From positions 9,473 to 73,472 of the forward strand of contig JAXIYS010000078.1 of assembly GCA_036304385.1 (NCBI GenBank): a stretch of DNA of 64,000 bases, read 5' to 3'. The position numbers and the translations under genes were made by a program. How positions within the stretch are numbered: position 1 is the stretch's first letter; each line of letters starts with the position of its first letter. Below are positions 28,877 to 38,675 of this stretch, one piece after another. The DNA is from Collinsella sp. (GTDB lineage: Bacteria > Actinomycetota > Coriobacteriia > Coriobacteriales > Coriobacteriaceae). Under the pieces are notes generated by a model. It saw only the letters and a list, made by a program, of their open reading frames with translations. It searched no databases and was not told the origin of the DNA.

Positions 28877-29566
28877 CTACTTTTTGCGATGCAAGAAGCG
28901 CGCGATGTCTTCCTCGGTGGGGCTTTTGATGTCAAAGCGCAGCGAGAGCCAGCGCAGGCCCATGGTCACTGCGACGCATACGACCAGCGCGGCGACATTG
29001 CTCATGATGCCGCTCATAACGAGACACACATAGCTTGTCGATCCGGCGATGGCGGCGATGGCATAAAAGTTAGTACGTTGGAAAATGCCCGGAACCACGC
29101 CCATAAAGCCGTCGCGCAACATGCCGCCACCCACCGCGGTGAAAAAGCCCATCATGATGCATACGGCCGGCGCAAAGCCATAAACCAGTGCTTTGTCCGC
29201 TCCGGTGGCGGCGTAGATGCCGACCGAGATGATGTCGAGCAATGGGATGAGTTTCTCGGGTTTATCGACGATTGCCGGGAAGATGTAGATGATGGCCGCC
29301 GTTGCGATGGAGAGCGGCAGCGCCATTGGCTGGTTGAGGATGTAGACGTTGCCGACCTGGAGTGTCATATCGCGCAAAAGACCGCCGCCCAGACCGCAGA
29401 CCACCGCGAGCGCGACCGCGCCCACCAGGTCAAGCTTATGTTCGCGCGCGACCAGCACGCCCGAGATCGATGCAGCGACAACGGCGAACATCTCGAGCCA
29501 AAAGGGGATAGCGACCATGGCGTCCGAGGCATGTGAGGTAACGGTTATGGCGGCGACGACGGGCAA
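28877..29566 (-). CDS. UPF0126/TRIC-type cation channel family membrane protein
   Basis: Two copies of the glycine-rich signature (GLGGGLLRD and AVGGGMLRD) within a 7-TM-like protein. Confidence 0.8.
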   Translation of the reverse strand: MPVVAAITVTSHASDAMVAIPFWLEMFAVVAASISGVLVAREHKLDLVGAVALAVVCGLGGGLLRDMTLQVGNVYILNQPMALPLSIATAAIIYIFPAIVDKPEKLIPLLDIISVGIYAATGADKALVYGFAPAVCIMMGFFTAVGGGMLRDGFMGVVPGIFQRTNFYAIAAIAGSTSYVCLVMSGIMSNVAALVVCVAVTMGLRWLSLRFDIKSPTEEDIARFLHRKK

Positions 29567-29697
29567 GATGGGGTCCTTTGAGTTACGGGTTTAGACAATG
29601 CCCGTACATAGTACATGTTCGACGCCGATTGCGACCCTATTGCTCGGTAAACGGTTAGCAGCGGATGCGGGCGTGGCGTTGCTGGAATGCCAGGGAT

Positions 29698-29776
29698 CCA
29701 AAACATGTACGTCACCCTCCAAAAACGACATTTTTCGACATCTTTGGAGGCTGACGTACATGTTTGGATTGAGCTC
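29698..29776. repeat. 79-bp hairpin-forming element, left inverted repeat of the nuclease cassette
   Basis: CCAAAACATGTACGTCACCCTCCAAAAACGACATTTTTCGACATCTTTGGAGGCTGACGTACATGTTTGGATTGAGCTC. Its reverse complement matches 30891-30968 with 4 mismatches. The internal arms are about 25 bp. Confidence 0.9.
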
Positions 29777-29870
29777 ACAACATGAGTGAGTTAATTTACT
29801 CACATTCGGTATATTCCCCCATTTCAACGGACATAAGAGTTGGATACCGGCTCAGAGCGAGAGGCCCTCA

Positions 29871-30878
29871 ATGGATACTCCTGTTCTCATTTCGCATAAA
29901 ACCGCATGGCTTGTCCATCATGCGCCCCAGAATTTGGTTCAGTCTCTTGCGCGGCACGACTACCAGATAGGCGTACGAGGCATCTCCACCCAGCAACGCG
30001 TTGCGCGCATACGACAGGCCCTTACCGACTGCGGCATTCCGTCCGATATGCTCAAAACTATCGATATCTCGGTTGTATTCGAATTCGAGCGAATTCGCAC
30101 CAAAGGCGTCATTTGCCACATTCTTGGACAAAATCTTCCCTACGAGCATATTGACGAGTTGACGCCCGGAATCTTCATCACCGACGAAGCCTTCACCTTC
30201 GTGCTCGCTGCCGAGTGGATGGATAGGATCGAATATCTCGAATATGGCTATGAAGTTTGCGGCGATTATCGCATGAGGCTCAATCCCGCCGACCCTTATA
30301 CTGAGCAACCAGCCACCACCTCCAAGGATGAAATAACCGAACTGCTCGATCGGCACCCCGGCAAACCCGGTGCCACACGTGCACGGCTCGCGCTCAGGCA
30401 CATCTACGATCACTCGGCCTCGCCTATGGAGACCGCTTCGGCAATCGCCCTCTCGCTCCCAACAAGCGAAGGCGGCGTTGGCATCCGAGGTATCGAACTC
30501 AACAAACCGCTCGAGATCCCTCAACGTCTCTGGCATTGCGCCAAAGCTCGAACACTCAAAATCGATGCGCTCGTTACCTACAAGCGTAGGGAGCTCGGTA
30601 TCGAATATAAGGGCGGCTTTCACGATGAGTTCGAGCGCAAGGGGGCAGATGCGGAGCGAGAGGCCGTTCTCTCCCAAATGGGATATCGCATCGTTACGCT
30701 CACTTCGGCTCAGTTCGGTAGCCAGCTCGCCTTTCACCGCGCCATGAACAACATTCGCGAAGCACTCGGCATGCCTCGCTGTACCGACACCGGGTACCAG
30801 CGAGAGCAAAACGAACTACGCAAGGCACTTATCCGCAACTGGAAAGGCATGCGAGACGAAGAGGCACCTTCCGAATAG
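29871..30878 (+). CDS. DUF559 / Vsr-like PD-(D/E)XK endonuclease-domain protein
   Basis: The C-terminal region KIDALVTYKRRELGIEYKGGFHDEFERKGADAEREAVLSQMGYRIVTLTSAQF fits the D...E-x-K nuclease core of DUF559-type proteins. Upstream, ARLALRHIYDHSASPMETASAI resembles the usual SP.ES segment. GC is lower than in neighbouring genes. Confidence 0.65.
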   Translation: MDTPVLISHKTAWLVHHAPQNLVQSLARHDYQIGVRGISTQQRVARIRQALTDCGIPSDMLKTIDISVVFEFERIRTKGVICHILGQNLPYEHIDELTPGIFITDEAFTFVLAAEWMDRIEYLEYGYEVCGDYRMRLNPADPYTEQPATTSKDEITELLDRHPGKPGATRARLALRHIYDHSASPMETASAIALSLPTSEGGVGIRGIELNKPLEIPQRLWHCAKARTLKIDALVTYKRRELGIEYKGGFHDEFERKGADAEREAVLSQMGYRIVTLTSAQFGSQLAFHRAMNNIREALGMPRCTDTGYQREQNELRKALIRNWKGMRDEEAPSE

Positions 30879-30890
30879 TGCCACTCCCGT

Positions 30891-30968
30891 GAGCTCAATC
30901 CAAACGTGTACGTCAGCCTTCAAAGATGTCGAAAAATGTCGGTTTTGGAGGGTGACGTACATGTTTGG
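30891..30968. repeat. 79-bp hairpin-forming element, right inverted repeat of the nuclease cassette
   Basis: GAGCTCAATCCAAACGTGTACGTCAGCCTTCAAAGATGTCGAAAAATGTCGGTTTTGGAGGGTGACGTACATGTTTGG, about 95% identical to the reverse complement of 29698-29776. Confidence 0.9.
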
Positions 30969-31038
30969 GGAAGCGTGGGATCGAGACGTATTTCGATAAC
31001 AAAAAAGCCCCCAATATTGGGAGCTCTCTCAATCTAAA

Positions 31039-31129
31039 TGGCGGAGGAGGAGGGATTCGAACCCTCGTGACCTTATACAGGCCAAACGGTTTTCGAGACC
31101 GCCGCATTCAACCACTCTGCCACCCCTCC
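31039..31129 (-). tRNA. tRNA-Ser (anticodon CGA)
   Basis: The reverse complement folds with acceptor GGAGGGG/CTCCTCC, anticodon loop CTCGAAA, a long variable arm, T-loop TTCGAAT and CCA. Confidence 0.9.
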
Positions 31130-31136
31130 GCGTGGG

Positions 31137-31168
31137 GTAAAAACAAAGCAGGCTCGAAGGCCTGCTTT
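31137..31168 (-). terminator. Hairpin terminator between the two tRNA-Ser genes
   Basis: AAAGCAGGC/GCCTGCTTT stem. On the minus strand it is followed by GTTTTTA. Confidence 0.6.
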
Positions 31169-31177
31169 GGAATTAAC

Positions 31178-31268
31178 TGGCGGAGAGTCAGGGATTTGAA
31201 CCCTGGAGACGCTTTTGACGCCTACACGATTTCCAATCGTGCTCCTTCGGCCACTCGGACAACTCTCC
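31178..31268 (-). tRNA. tRNA-Ser (anticodon GGA)
   Basis: The reverse complement folds with acceptor GGAGAGT/GACTCTCC, anticodon loop TTGGAAA, a long variable arm and CCA. Confidence 0.9.
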
Positions 31269-31284
31269 GTTAAATGCGAAAGTC

Positions 31285-31313
31285 AGTATACACGAGGAAT
31301 CGCAAAGTGCAAA
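31285..31313 (-). promoter_or_regulatory. Putative promoter of the tRNA-Ser genes
   Basis: The minus strand reads TTTGCA, a 17-nt spacer, then TATACT. The -10 element ends about 16 nt upstream of the tRNA 5' end. Confidence 0.5.
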
Positions 31314-31662
31314 CAGAAAAGTTGGCATTTTTTGAAGCGTTTGGCTTCGTGACGGGATTTAGGAGGCCAAAAACGGGCTCTGACCAGCATGGCTGCATAC
31401 AGCAAATTGTTCAAAATGAGTATTTATGAACGACGTGGCAGCAATTTTAAAAATCTTTGAACGGTGTTGTGAACCACTGGTATGCATTTCGCGACCACAG
31501 CCTTGCAATTGCTGACCTGCGGTTTGATTTGGTTTGTCCCCGCAGCGCCGTATCTTGTCCACAGATTCGTCAAGCATTTGGTCAGCATTTGGTTGGAAGA
31601 CGCATGAAGTGCCGTGTGAGTATGGACATATGTGGAGGTCATGAGGTTGTAGCTGCATATTC

Positions 31663-31691
31663 TTGCAGCCTGGGAGGTTGAAAGATATTAT
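31663..31691 (+). promoter_or_regulatory. Putative promoter of the rpsF-ssb-rpsR-rplI operon
   Basis: TTGCAG, a 17-nt spacer, then TATTAT. Confidence 0.5.
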
Positions 31692-31707
31692 TACCAAGTC
31701 TTTTCCT

Positions 31708-31736
31708 GCTTCAGGCGCACCTTCACGACCTGAAGC
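31708..31736 (+). promoter_or_regulatory. Leader hairpin upstream of rpsF (possible S6:S18 autoregulatory leader)
   Basis: GCTTCAGG-13 nt-CCTGAAGC, lying between the putative promoter and the rpsF SD (GGAGG). Confidence 0.3.
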
Positions 31737-31762
31737 CACATTTGCCCAGAGGAGGTGACAAT

Positions 31763-32056
31763 ATGAAGGCTTATGAACTGCTGTTCTTTGTTGACCCGTC
31801 GCTCGACCCCGAGACTCGTCTCGCTGTTATGAAGCGTATCGATACCACGATCGCTGAGGGCGCTGGCAAGGTCGACTCCGTTGACGAGTGGGGCAAGCGC
31901 AAGCTCGCCTACGAGATCAACGACCTCACCGATGGTGACTACACCCTCATCAACTTCCACGCAGATCCTACCCAGATCGCCGAGCTTGATCGCGTCCTGC
32001 GCATCACCGACGCTGTGGTCCGCCACATGATCGTCCGTCGCGACGACCAGGAGTAA
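31763..32056 (+). CDS. rpsF: 30S ribosomal protein S6
   Basis: MKAYELLFFVDPSL start with GGAGG RBS, and the typical S6 core (GKRKLAYEI). Confidence 0.93.
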   Translation: MKAYELLFFVDPSLDPETRLAVMKRIDTTIAEGAGKVDSVDEWGKRKLAYEINDLTDGDYTLINFHADPTQIAELDRVLRITDAVVRHMIVRRDDQE

Positions 32057-32104
32057 GACTGTCGTTTTGGACTGGGCTTGTGCCCCAAGAGGAAGTAGTG
32101 AGTT

Positions 32105-32560
32105 ATGAGCATCAATCGAGTGAACATCACCGGTAACCTCACGCGTGATCCCGAGCTGCGCGCCACCGCCGGCGGAACCCAGGTTCTGTCCTTTGGCGTC
32201 GCCGTGAACGATCGTCGCCGCAACCCGCAGACTGGCGAGTGGGAGGACTATCCCAACTTTGTCGACTGCACTATGTTCGGCACGCGCGCCGAGGCCGTGA
32301 GCCGTTTCCTGGCAAAGGGAAACAAGGTTGCGATCGAGGGCAAGCTGCGCTACAGCTCTTGGGAGCGCGACGGCCAGCGCCGGAGCAAGCTTGAGGTCAT
32401 CGTCGATGAGATCGAGTTTATGAGCTCCCGCGGTGGCCAGGGTGGCTACGATCAGGGCGGTTACGCCCCCGCAGCCCCTGCAGCGCCCGCACCGCGTCCT
32501 GCCGCACCGGTGGCTACGCCGCCCGCGGTCGACGTCTACGATGAGGACATCCCGTTTTAA
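32105..32560 (+). CDS. ssb: Single-stranded DNA-binding protein
   Basis: OB-fold N-terminus (MSINRVNITGNLTRDPELR), a G/Q/P-rich linker and the acidic tip DEDIPF. Confidence 0.95.
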   Translation: MSINRVNITGNLTRDPELRATAGGTQVLSFGVAVNDRRRNPQTGEWEDYPNFVDCTMFGTRAEAVSRFLAKGNKVAIEGKLRYSSWERDGQRRSKLEVIVDEIEFMSSRGGQGGYDQGGYAPAAPAAPAPRPAAPVATPPAVDVYDEDIPF

Positions 32561-32632
32561 GGGCTGTTCACCTATTTTTGAGTGAGAGGCGGCTTCGGTT
32601 CGCCGAAGTTGCCAAACGAAAGGTATTTTGAC

Positions 32633-32899
32633 ATGGCTAATGATTTTTCTGCACGTCAGCCGCGTCGTAAGTACTGCCAGTTCTGCAAGGAGAACACTGA
32701 GTTCATCGACTATAAGGACACTCAGCTTCTCCGTAAGTACATGACCGACCGTGGCAAGATCAAGCCCCGTCGCGTCACTGGCGCTTGCACGCAGCATCAG
32801 CATGACATCGCCAACGCCATCAAGCGCGCCCGCGAGATGGCTCTCCTGCCGTACACCGTCCCCGTGGTTTCCTCTCGTGGCAACCGCGACCGCGGCTAA
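32633..32899 (+). CDS. rpsR: 30S ribosomal protein S18
   Basis: The CQFCKE...IDYKD...LRKY...GKI.PRR.TG.C..HQ core. Start at the internal ATG 32633. Confidence 0.92.
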   Translation: MANDFSARQPRRKYCQFCKENTEFIDYKDTQLLRKYMTDRGKIKPRRVTGACTQHQHDIANAIKRAREMALLPYTVPVVSSRGNRDRG

Positions 32900-32914
32900 G
32901 AAGGGAGACACATC

Positions 32915-33454
32915 ATGAAGGTTATTCTTCTCGATGAGATCAAGGGCAAGGGCGGCGAGGGTGACGTCGTAGAGGTCGCTCAGGGTTACGCTGAGAACTT
33001 CCTGTTCCCCAAGAAGCTCGCTGTTGCCGCCACCAAGGGCAACCTCAAGCAGCTTGACGAGCGTCGCAACAACATCGCCAAGCGCGAGGCCGTCCGTCTG
33101 GCTACCGCCAACGAGACCAAGGCTGCCTTCGAGGGCAAGACGGTCACCGTTGACGTCAAGGTCGGCGACGAGGGCATCCTCTTTGGCTCCGTTACCGCCG
33201 CTATGATCGCTGACGCCATCAAGGCTCAGCTCGGTATGGACATCGACCGCAAGCGCGTCGAGCTCGGTAAGCCCATCAAGGTTGCTGGTGCCCACACCGT
33301 TGCCATCTCGCTGTACCGCGAGATCAAGGCCGAGGTTGTCGTTCTCGTTGGCGTTACCGCCGAGGAGCTCGCTGCCGAGGCTGAGGTCGAGGAGGCCGCT
33401 GAGGTCGCCGAGGCCGAGACCGCCGAGGTCGAGACTGAGGCTGCTGCCGAGTAG
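32915..33454 (+). CDS. rplI: 50S ribosomal protein L9, with an A/E-rich C-terminal tail
   Basis: MKVILLDEIKGKGGEGDVVEVAQGYAENFLFPKKLA is a canonical L9 N-terminus. About 30 aa of acidic tail are added. Confidence 0.93.
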   Translation: MKVILLDEIKGKGGEGDVVEVAQGYAENFLFPKKLAVAATKGNLKQLDERRNNIAKREAVRLATANETKAAFEGKTVTVDVKVGDEGILFGSVTAAMIADAIKAQLGMDIDRKRVELGKPIKVAGAHTVAISLYREIKAEVVVLVGVTAEELAAEAEVEEAAEVAEAETAEVETEAAAE

Positions 33455-33487
33455 CATTTGCTGCAACGCAACAATCTTGTTCTAAGA

Positions 33488-33524
33488 AGGGCGCTCTGGG
33501 AGACCAGGGCGCCCTTTTGTTTTC
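33488..33524 (+). terminator. Rho-independent terminator after rplI
   Basis: GGGCGCTCTGG-GAGA-CCAGGGCGCCC followed by TTTTGTTTT. Confidence 0.75.
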
Positions 33525-33666
33525 TACGCTTAGCGAGCGCCATGGCATGCGTTGTGGTGAAGTCCCAAATGCGGGACCGTTCATCCGTTTCGTTCGGTGA
33601 TGATTGCCGGGGCGCGGCCCGTTTTGGGGTTGTGGCTGATACTATGGATGCTCGCAAGCGATATGA

Positions 33667-35070
33667 ATGAGGATGCTCATGGCATACGACGATAGGGAGA
33701 CGGGGCTGACGGTCGAGGACCGTGGCTCCAAGTTGGGTCTCCCTCAAAACCAAGATGCAGAGGCCAATGTACTGGCCGCCATGCTGCTGTCGCCCGAGGT
33801 GGTCGAGGAAGCCCAGGTCGAGCTGCAGCCCGATGACTTCTACCGGCCCATTCATAAGACCATCTACACCGCGATGGTCGATATGTACAACAGCCGCATT
33901 CCCATCGACTCTATCTCGCTGATCGATTACCTGCGCAGCATCAACAAGCTTGATGCCGTGGGCGGCGAGGCCTACATTTTGGAGCTGATGGGTCAGACCC
34001 TGTCGCTCGTGAACTGGCAGCACCATGCCGCCATCGTCCGTCGCGACTCGATGCTGCGCGAGCTGATCGGTGCCACCAACGAGATCAACGCGCTGGCCTA
34101 TAACGCCCCTACCGACACCAAAGAGGTCGTGGAGCTGGCCGAGAGCAAGCTGCTCAAGGTCACGGCGCGCGAGGTCAAGTCGAGCTATAAGACACTGACC
34201 GAGTTTATGGTCGAGGCCTATAACGAGGCAGAGGAAGTGTGTAAGGCCGGTGGACAGGCCGCGGGCGTGCCCACCGGCTTCCCGTCGCTCGATCGCATGC
34301 TTATGGGTTTCCGCGAGGGCCAGCTCATCATTATCGGCGCCCGCCCTGCCGTGGGTAAGACGTCGTTCGCTCTGAACCTGGCGCTGAATGCCGCCGCTGC
34401 GGGCTATACCGTCGGCTTCTTTTCGCTGGAGATGTCGGGCAAGGAAATTGCCCAGCGCCTGATTTGCGCCTACGCCATGATCTCGATCAGCGACTTCCGT
34501 ACGGGCCGCATTAGCCCCGAGCAGTGGGCCAATATCAACGAGGCCACGCAGACCTTGTCTAAGCTCGACATTCTGATTGACGATACGCCCGGCACCACGG
34601 TGACCGAGATCCGCGCCAAGAGCCGCCGCATGCTCCACAACAAGGAGAAGGCCATCATTATCCTGGACTACCTGCAGCTGGTGAGTCCTCCGCCGGGACG
34701 TCGCTCCGAGAGCCGTACCGTCGAGGTCTCCGAGATGTCGCGTGGTTTAAAGATCATGGCCAAGGAGCTCAAGATCCCGCTCATTGCACTGTCGCAGCTG
34801 TCGCGTCAGGTCGAGTCCCGTACCGGCAAGCGCCCGCAGCTGTCCGACCTGCGTGAATCGGGCTCTATCGAGCAGGACGCCGACATCGTTATGTTCTTGG
34901 ACCGCTCCGCCGATGCGGCCGAGGCCTCGCGTGACGATCGACCCGACGAGGACGTTACGCGTATCGTCGTGGCCAAGAACCGTTCGGGCCCGATCGGTGA
35001 CGTCGACCTGATGTTCCTGCCGGCATCCACCAAGTTCTATGAGCTTGATGGGGCGCATACCGAGGAGTAG
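33667..35070 (+). CDS. dnaB: Replicative DNA helicase DnaB
   Basis: Walker A (GARPAVGKTSF), Walker B (IIILDYLQL) and an N-terminal DnaB domain (PQNQDAEANVLAAML). The true start is possibly ATG 33679, 5 nt after GAGGA. Confidence 0.93.
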   Translation: MRMLMAYDDRETGLTVEDRGSKLGLPQNQDAEANVLAAMLLSPEVVEEAQVELQPDDFYRPIHKTIYTAMVDMYNSRIPIDSISLIDYLRSINKLDAVGGEAYILELMGQTLSLVNWQHHAAIVRRDSMLRELIGATNEINALAYNAPTDTKEVVELAESKLLKVTAREVKSSYKTLTEFMVEAYNEAEEVCKAGGQAAGVPTGFPSLDRMLMGFREGQLIIIGARPAVGKTSFALNLALNAAAAGYTVGFFSLEMSGKEIAQRLICAYAMISISDFRTGRISPEQWANINEATQTLSKLDILIDDTPGTTVTEIRAKSRRMLHNKEKAIIILDYLQLVSPPPGRRSESRTVEVSEMSRGLKIMAKELKIPLIALSQLSRQVESRTGKRPQLSDLRESGSIEQDADIVMFLDRSADAAEASRDDRPDEDVTRIVVAKNRSGPIGDVDLMFLPASTKFYELDGAHTEE

Positions 35071-35154
35071 GACAGGCGCCCGTTGCACGGGTATACTGGG
35101 AATGTTTTGTGCTTCTGCGTGCCAGCGCGGCGCGTAGACAGTCCATGAATGTGA

Positions 35155-36450
<1,296 letters not shown>

Positions 36451-36471
36451 TCGGCACTATTCGGTTATTGC

Positions 36472-36520
36472 GATATACCCCTTTGCAGCCCAGGCGGGCG
36501 GCCGAGGGGTATATTTGCTT
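36472..36520 (+). terminator. Hairpin terminator after purA
   Basis: GATATACCCCT...AGGGGTATAT stem with a 22-nt loop, followed by TTGCTTTG. Confidence 0.55.
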
Positions 36521-36571
36521 TGTAATGGGTCCGCATGGTTGGCGGGCCGTTCATCCATAGAGGAGGCACCC

Positions 36572-37876
36572 TTGAAGGCGGACACTCAAACCATCGACAT
36601 CCTGTTGTTGGGCAGCGGCGGCCGTGAGCATGCTCTGGCAGCAAAGCTCGCTGCATCACCGCGCGCCGGCAAGCTCTACATTGCGCCGGGTAACGGCGGC
36701 ACCGCGAGCTGCGGCGAGAACGTGGTTCTCGACGATTGCGATCCTGCGGCCGTGGCGGCGTTTGCCCAGAGCCACGGATGCGGACTCGTGGTGATTGGCC
36801 CCGAGGCTCCGCTCGTGGCGGGCGTTGCCGATGCCGTGCGCGCGGCGGGCATTCCCTGCTTTGGCCCGGGTGCCGAGGGCGCTCAGATGGAGGGCTCCAA
36901 GCTGTTCTCCAAGCAGCTCATGGAGCGCGCTGGTATCCCGACGGCCGCCTACGGCTCGTTCACCGACGAGGCTTCGGCTCTCGCCTACGTGCGCGAGCAG
37001 GGCGCCCCGCTGGTCGTGAAGGCCGACGGCTTGGCCGCAGGCAAGGGCGTTATCGTGGCGACTGAGCTCGAGCAGGCCGAGGAGGCCGTGCGCGAGTGCT
37101 TTGGCGGCACCTTTGGCGATGCCGGCAACACCGTTGTCATTGAGGAGATGCTGGTTGGCCCCGAGTGCTCGCTGCTGGCCTTTACCGACGGCAAGACCGT
37201 GCGTCCTATGGCCACTTCGCAGGACCACAAGCGTGCGCTCGAGGGCGACAAGGGCCCCAACACCGGTGGCATGGGCGTCTACAGCCCGGTACCTATCGTG
37301 ACCGACGAAGAGCACGCCACGATGGTGAAGGTCATGGAACAGACCGTGGCCGAGCTTGCTGCCGAGGGCATCGACTACCGCGGCTGCCTGTATGGCGGCT
37401 TTATGCTCACCCCCGCCGGCCCCAAGGTGCTGGAGTTCAACGCCCGCTTTGGCGACCCCGAGACGCAGGTCGTGCTGCCGCGCCTCAAGAACGACCTGGT
37501 CGAGGTTATGCTCGCCTGCGCCAACTGCGAGCTTGATCAGATTGAGCTCGATTGGCGTGACGAGTGGGCCGTGGCTGTTGTCCTGACGAGCGCGGGCTAT
37601 CCCGGCAGTTACGAGAAGGGCAAAGTCATCACCGGCATCGCCGACGCCGAGTCCATGGAGAACGTGACCGTGTACCATGCCGGCACCGCCGTGGTGGACG
37701 GTCAGCTCGTGACCAACGGTGGCCGAGTGCTTGCCGTGACCGCGCTGGGCGACACGTTCGAGAACGCTCGCAACCTTGCCTACGAGGCCTGTGAAAAGAT
37801 TGATTTTGAGGGCAAGACCTTGCGTCATGACATCGGTCTGCGCGCGCTGCGTGGCCGCGACGCCTGGGATGCCTAA
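36572..37876 (+). CDS. purD: Phosphoribosylamine--glycine ligase
   Basis: TTG start 5 nt after GAGGAGG. ILLLGSGGREHAL N-terminus and an ATP-grasp core. The upstream part of the ORF-track entry (from 36401) overlaps purA and is not coding. Confidence 0.88.
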   Translation: MKADTQTIDILLLGSGGREHALAAKLAASPRAGKLYIAPGNGGTASCGENVVLDDCDPAAVAAFAQSHGCGLVVIGPEAPLVAGVADAVRAAGIPCFGPGAEGAQMEGSKLFSKQLMERAGIPTAAYGSFTDEASALAYVREQGAPLVVKADGLAAGKGVIVATELEQAEEAVRECFGGTFGDAGNTVVIEEMLVGPECSLLAFTDGKTVRPMATSQDHKRALEGDKGPNTGGMGVYSPVPIVTDEEHATMVKVMEQTVAELAAEGIDYRGCLYGGFMLTPAGPKVLEFNARFGDPETQVVLPRLKNDLVEVMLACANCELDQIELDWRDEWAVAVVLTSAGYPGSYEKGKVITGIADAESMENVTVYHAGTAVVDGQLVTNGGRVLAVTALGDTFENARNLAYEACEKIDFEGKTLRHDIGLRALRGRDAWDA

Positions 37877-37888
37877 AGTCCGAGAGGG

Positions 37889-38593
37889 ATGAGACGGATG
37901 GACGAGAAGAACGAAGAGCTCGTGGATGCGCAGATCGTCGAAGAGGACAGCCGCATGTATGGGCACGCCGAGGGCGAGCCTGGTGGCGAGGTCGCTGACG
38001 AGCCGGCGCTGGTGCTGGGCGACGACGACCCGCACGATGCCGAGCTGCACGAGAAGATTCTTTCGGAGGAGTGCGCCTGGAAGGGCAAGATCCTCGACGT
38101 CCACCGTCTTGAGGTTGAACTGCCCAACGGTCACCGCAGTGCCCGCGATATCGTTCGTCATCCGGGTGCGGCGGCCGTTGTGGCACTGACCGAGAGCGGC
38201 AAGATCGTACTGGTGCGTCAGTATCGCACCGCCATCGACCGCGTGACGGTCGAGATTCCCGCCGGCAAGCTCGATCCAGGCGAGGACCCGCTCGATTGCG
38301 CCAAGCGCGAGCTGCACGAGGAGACGGGCTTTAGGGCTGGTCGCATTCGCTTTTTGACGTCGATTGTCACGTCCTGCGGCTTCTGTGACGAGATTATTCA
38401 CATCTACCTGGCCACCAAGCTCGAGTTTGATGCGCCCAACCCCGATGATGACGAGTTTGTCAACGTGGATCTGGTGCCGCTGCACGAGCTGATCGACGCC
38501 GTGCTCGACGGCAAGATCGAAGATGCCAAGACCGTCGTGGGCGCCTTGGCCTGCGATAGCATCGCGCATCGCCTTGGGGGCGCGGAGCTCTAA
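37889..38593 (+). CDS. NUDIX hydrolase (ADP-ribose pyrophosphatase-like) with an acidic N-terminal extension
   Basis: Nudix box GKLDPGEDPLDCAKRELHEETG. An alternative start is ATG 37898. Confidence 0.85.
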   Translation: MRRMDEKNEELVDAQIVEEDSRMYGHAEGEPGGEVADEPALVLGDDDPHDAELHEKILSEECAWKGKILDVHRLEVELPNGHRSARDIVRHPGAAAVVALTESGKIVLVRQYRTAIDRVTVEIPAGKLDPGEDPLDCAKRELHEETGFRAGRIRFLTSIVTSCGFCDEIIHIYLATKLEFDAPNPDDDEFVNVDLVPLHELIDAVLDGKIEDAKTVVGALACDSIAHRLGGAEL

Positions 38594-38675
38594 CGAGTGG
38601 GGATAGCCCTGGGACAAGTACTGATGATTGCTTTGTCTCAGGGCCTTACGTTGCTGATATTTCTTTGAGGATCAC

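Noticed and set aside
29567-31270. An integrated prophage or integrative element at the tRNA-Ser genes
   Set aside because: There is no integrase, recombinase or phage gene, and no tRNA 3'-end direct repeat was seen. Only the single nuclease-like ORF with its inverted repeats is present, and that is reported separately.
31359-31739. A 126-aa ORF on the minus strand between tRNA-Ser and rpsF
   Set aside because: It has no SD and an atypical Cys/His-rich composition with low GC3. It would run through the predicted rpsF promoter and leader. It is retained only as 'unassigned region' in the findings.
38594-38675. A hairpin GCCCTGGGACAA...TTGTCTCAGGGC after the NUDIX gene, as a possible further member of the GGGAC repeat family or a terminator
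   Set aside because: It contains GGGAC, but within the stem. It lacks the family's flanking pattern and has no T-tract. The evidence is too weak to call either way.
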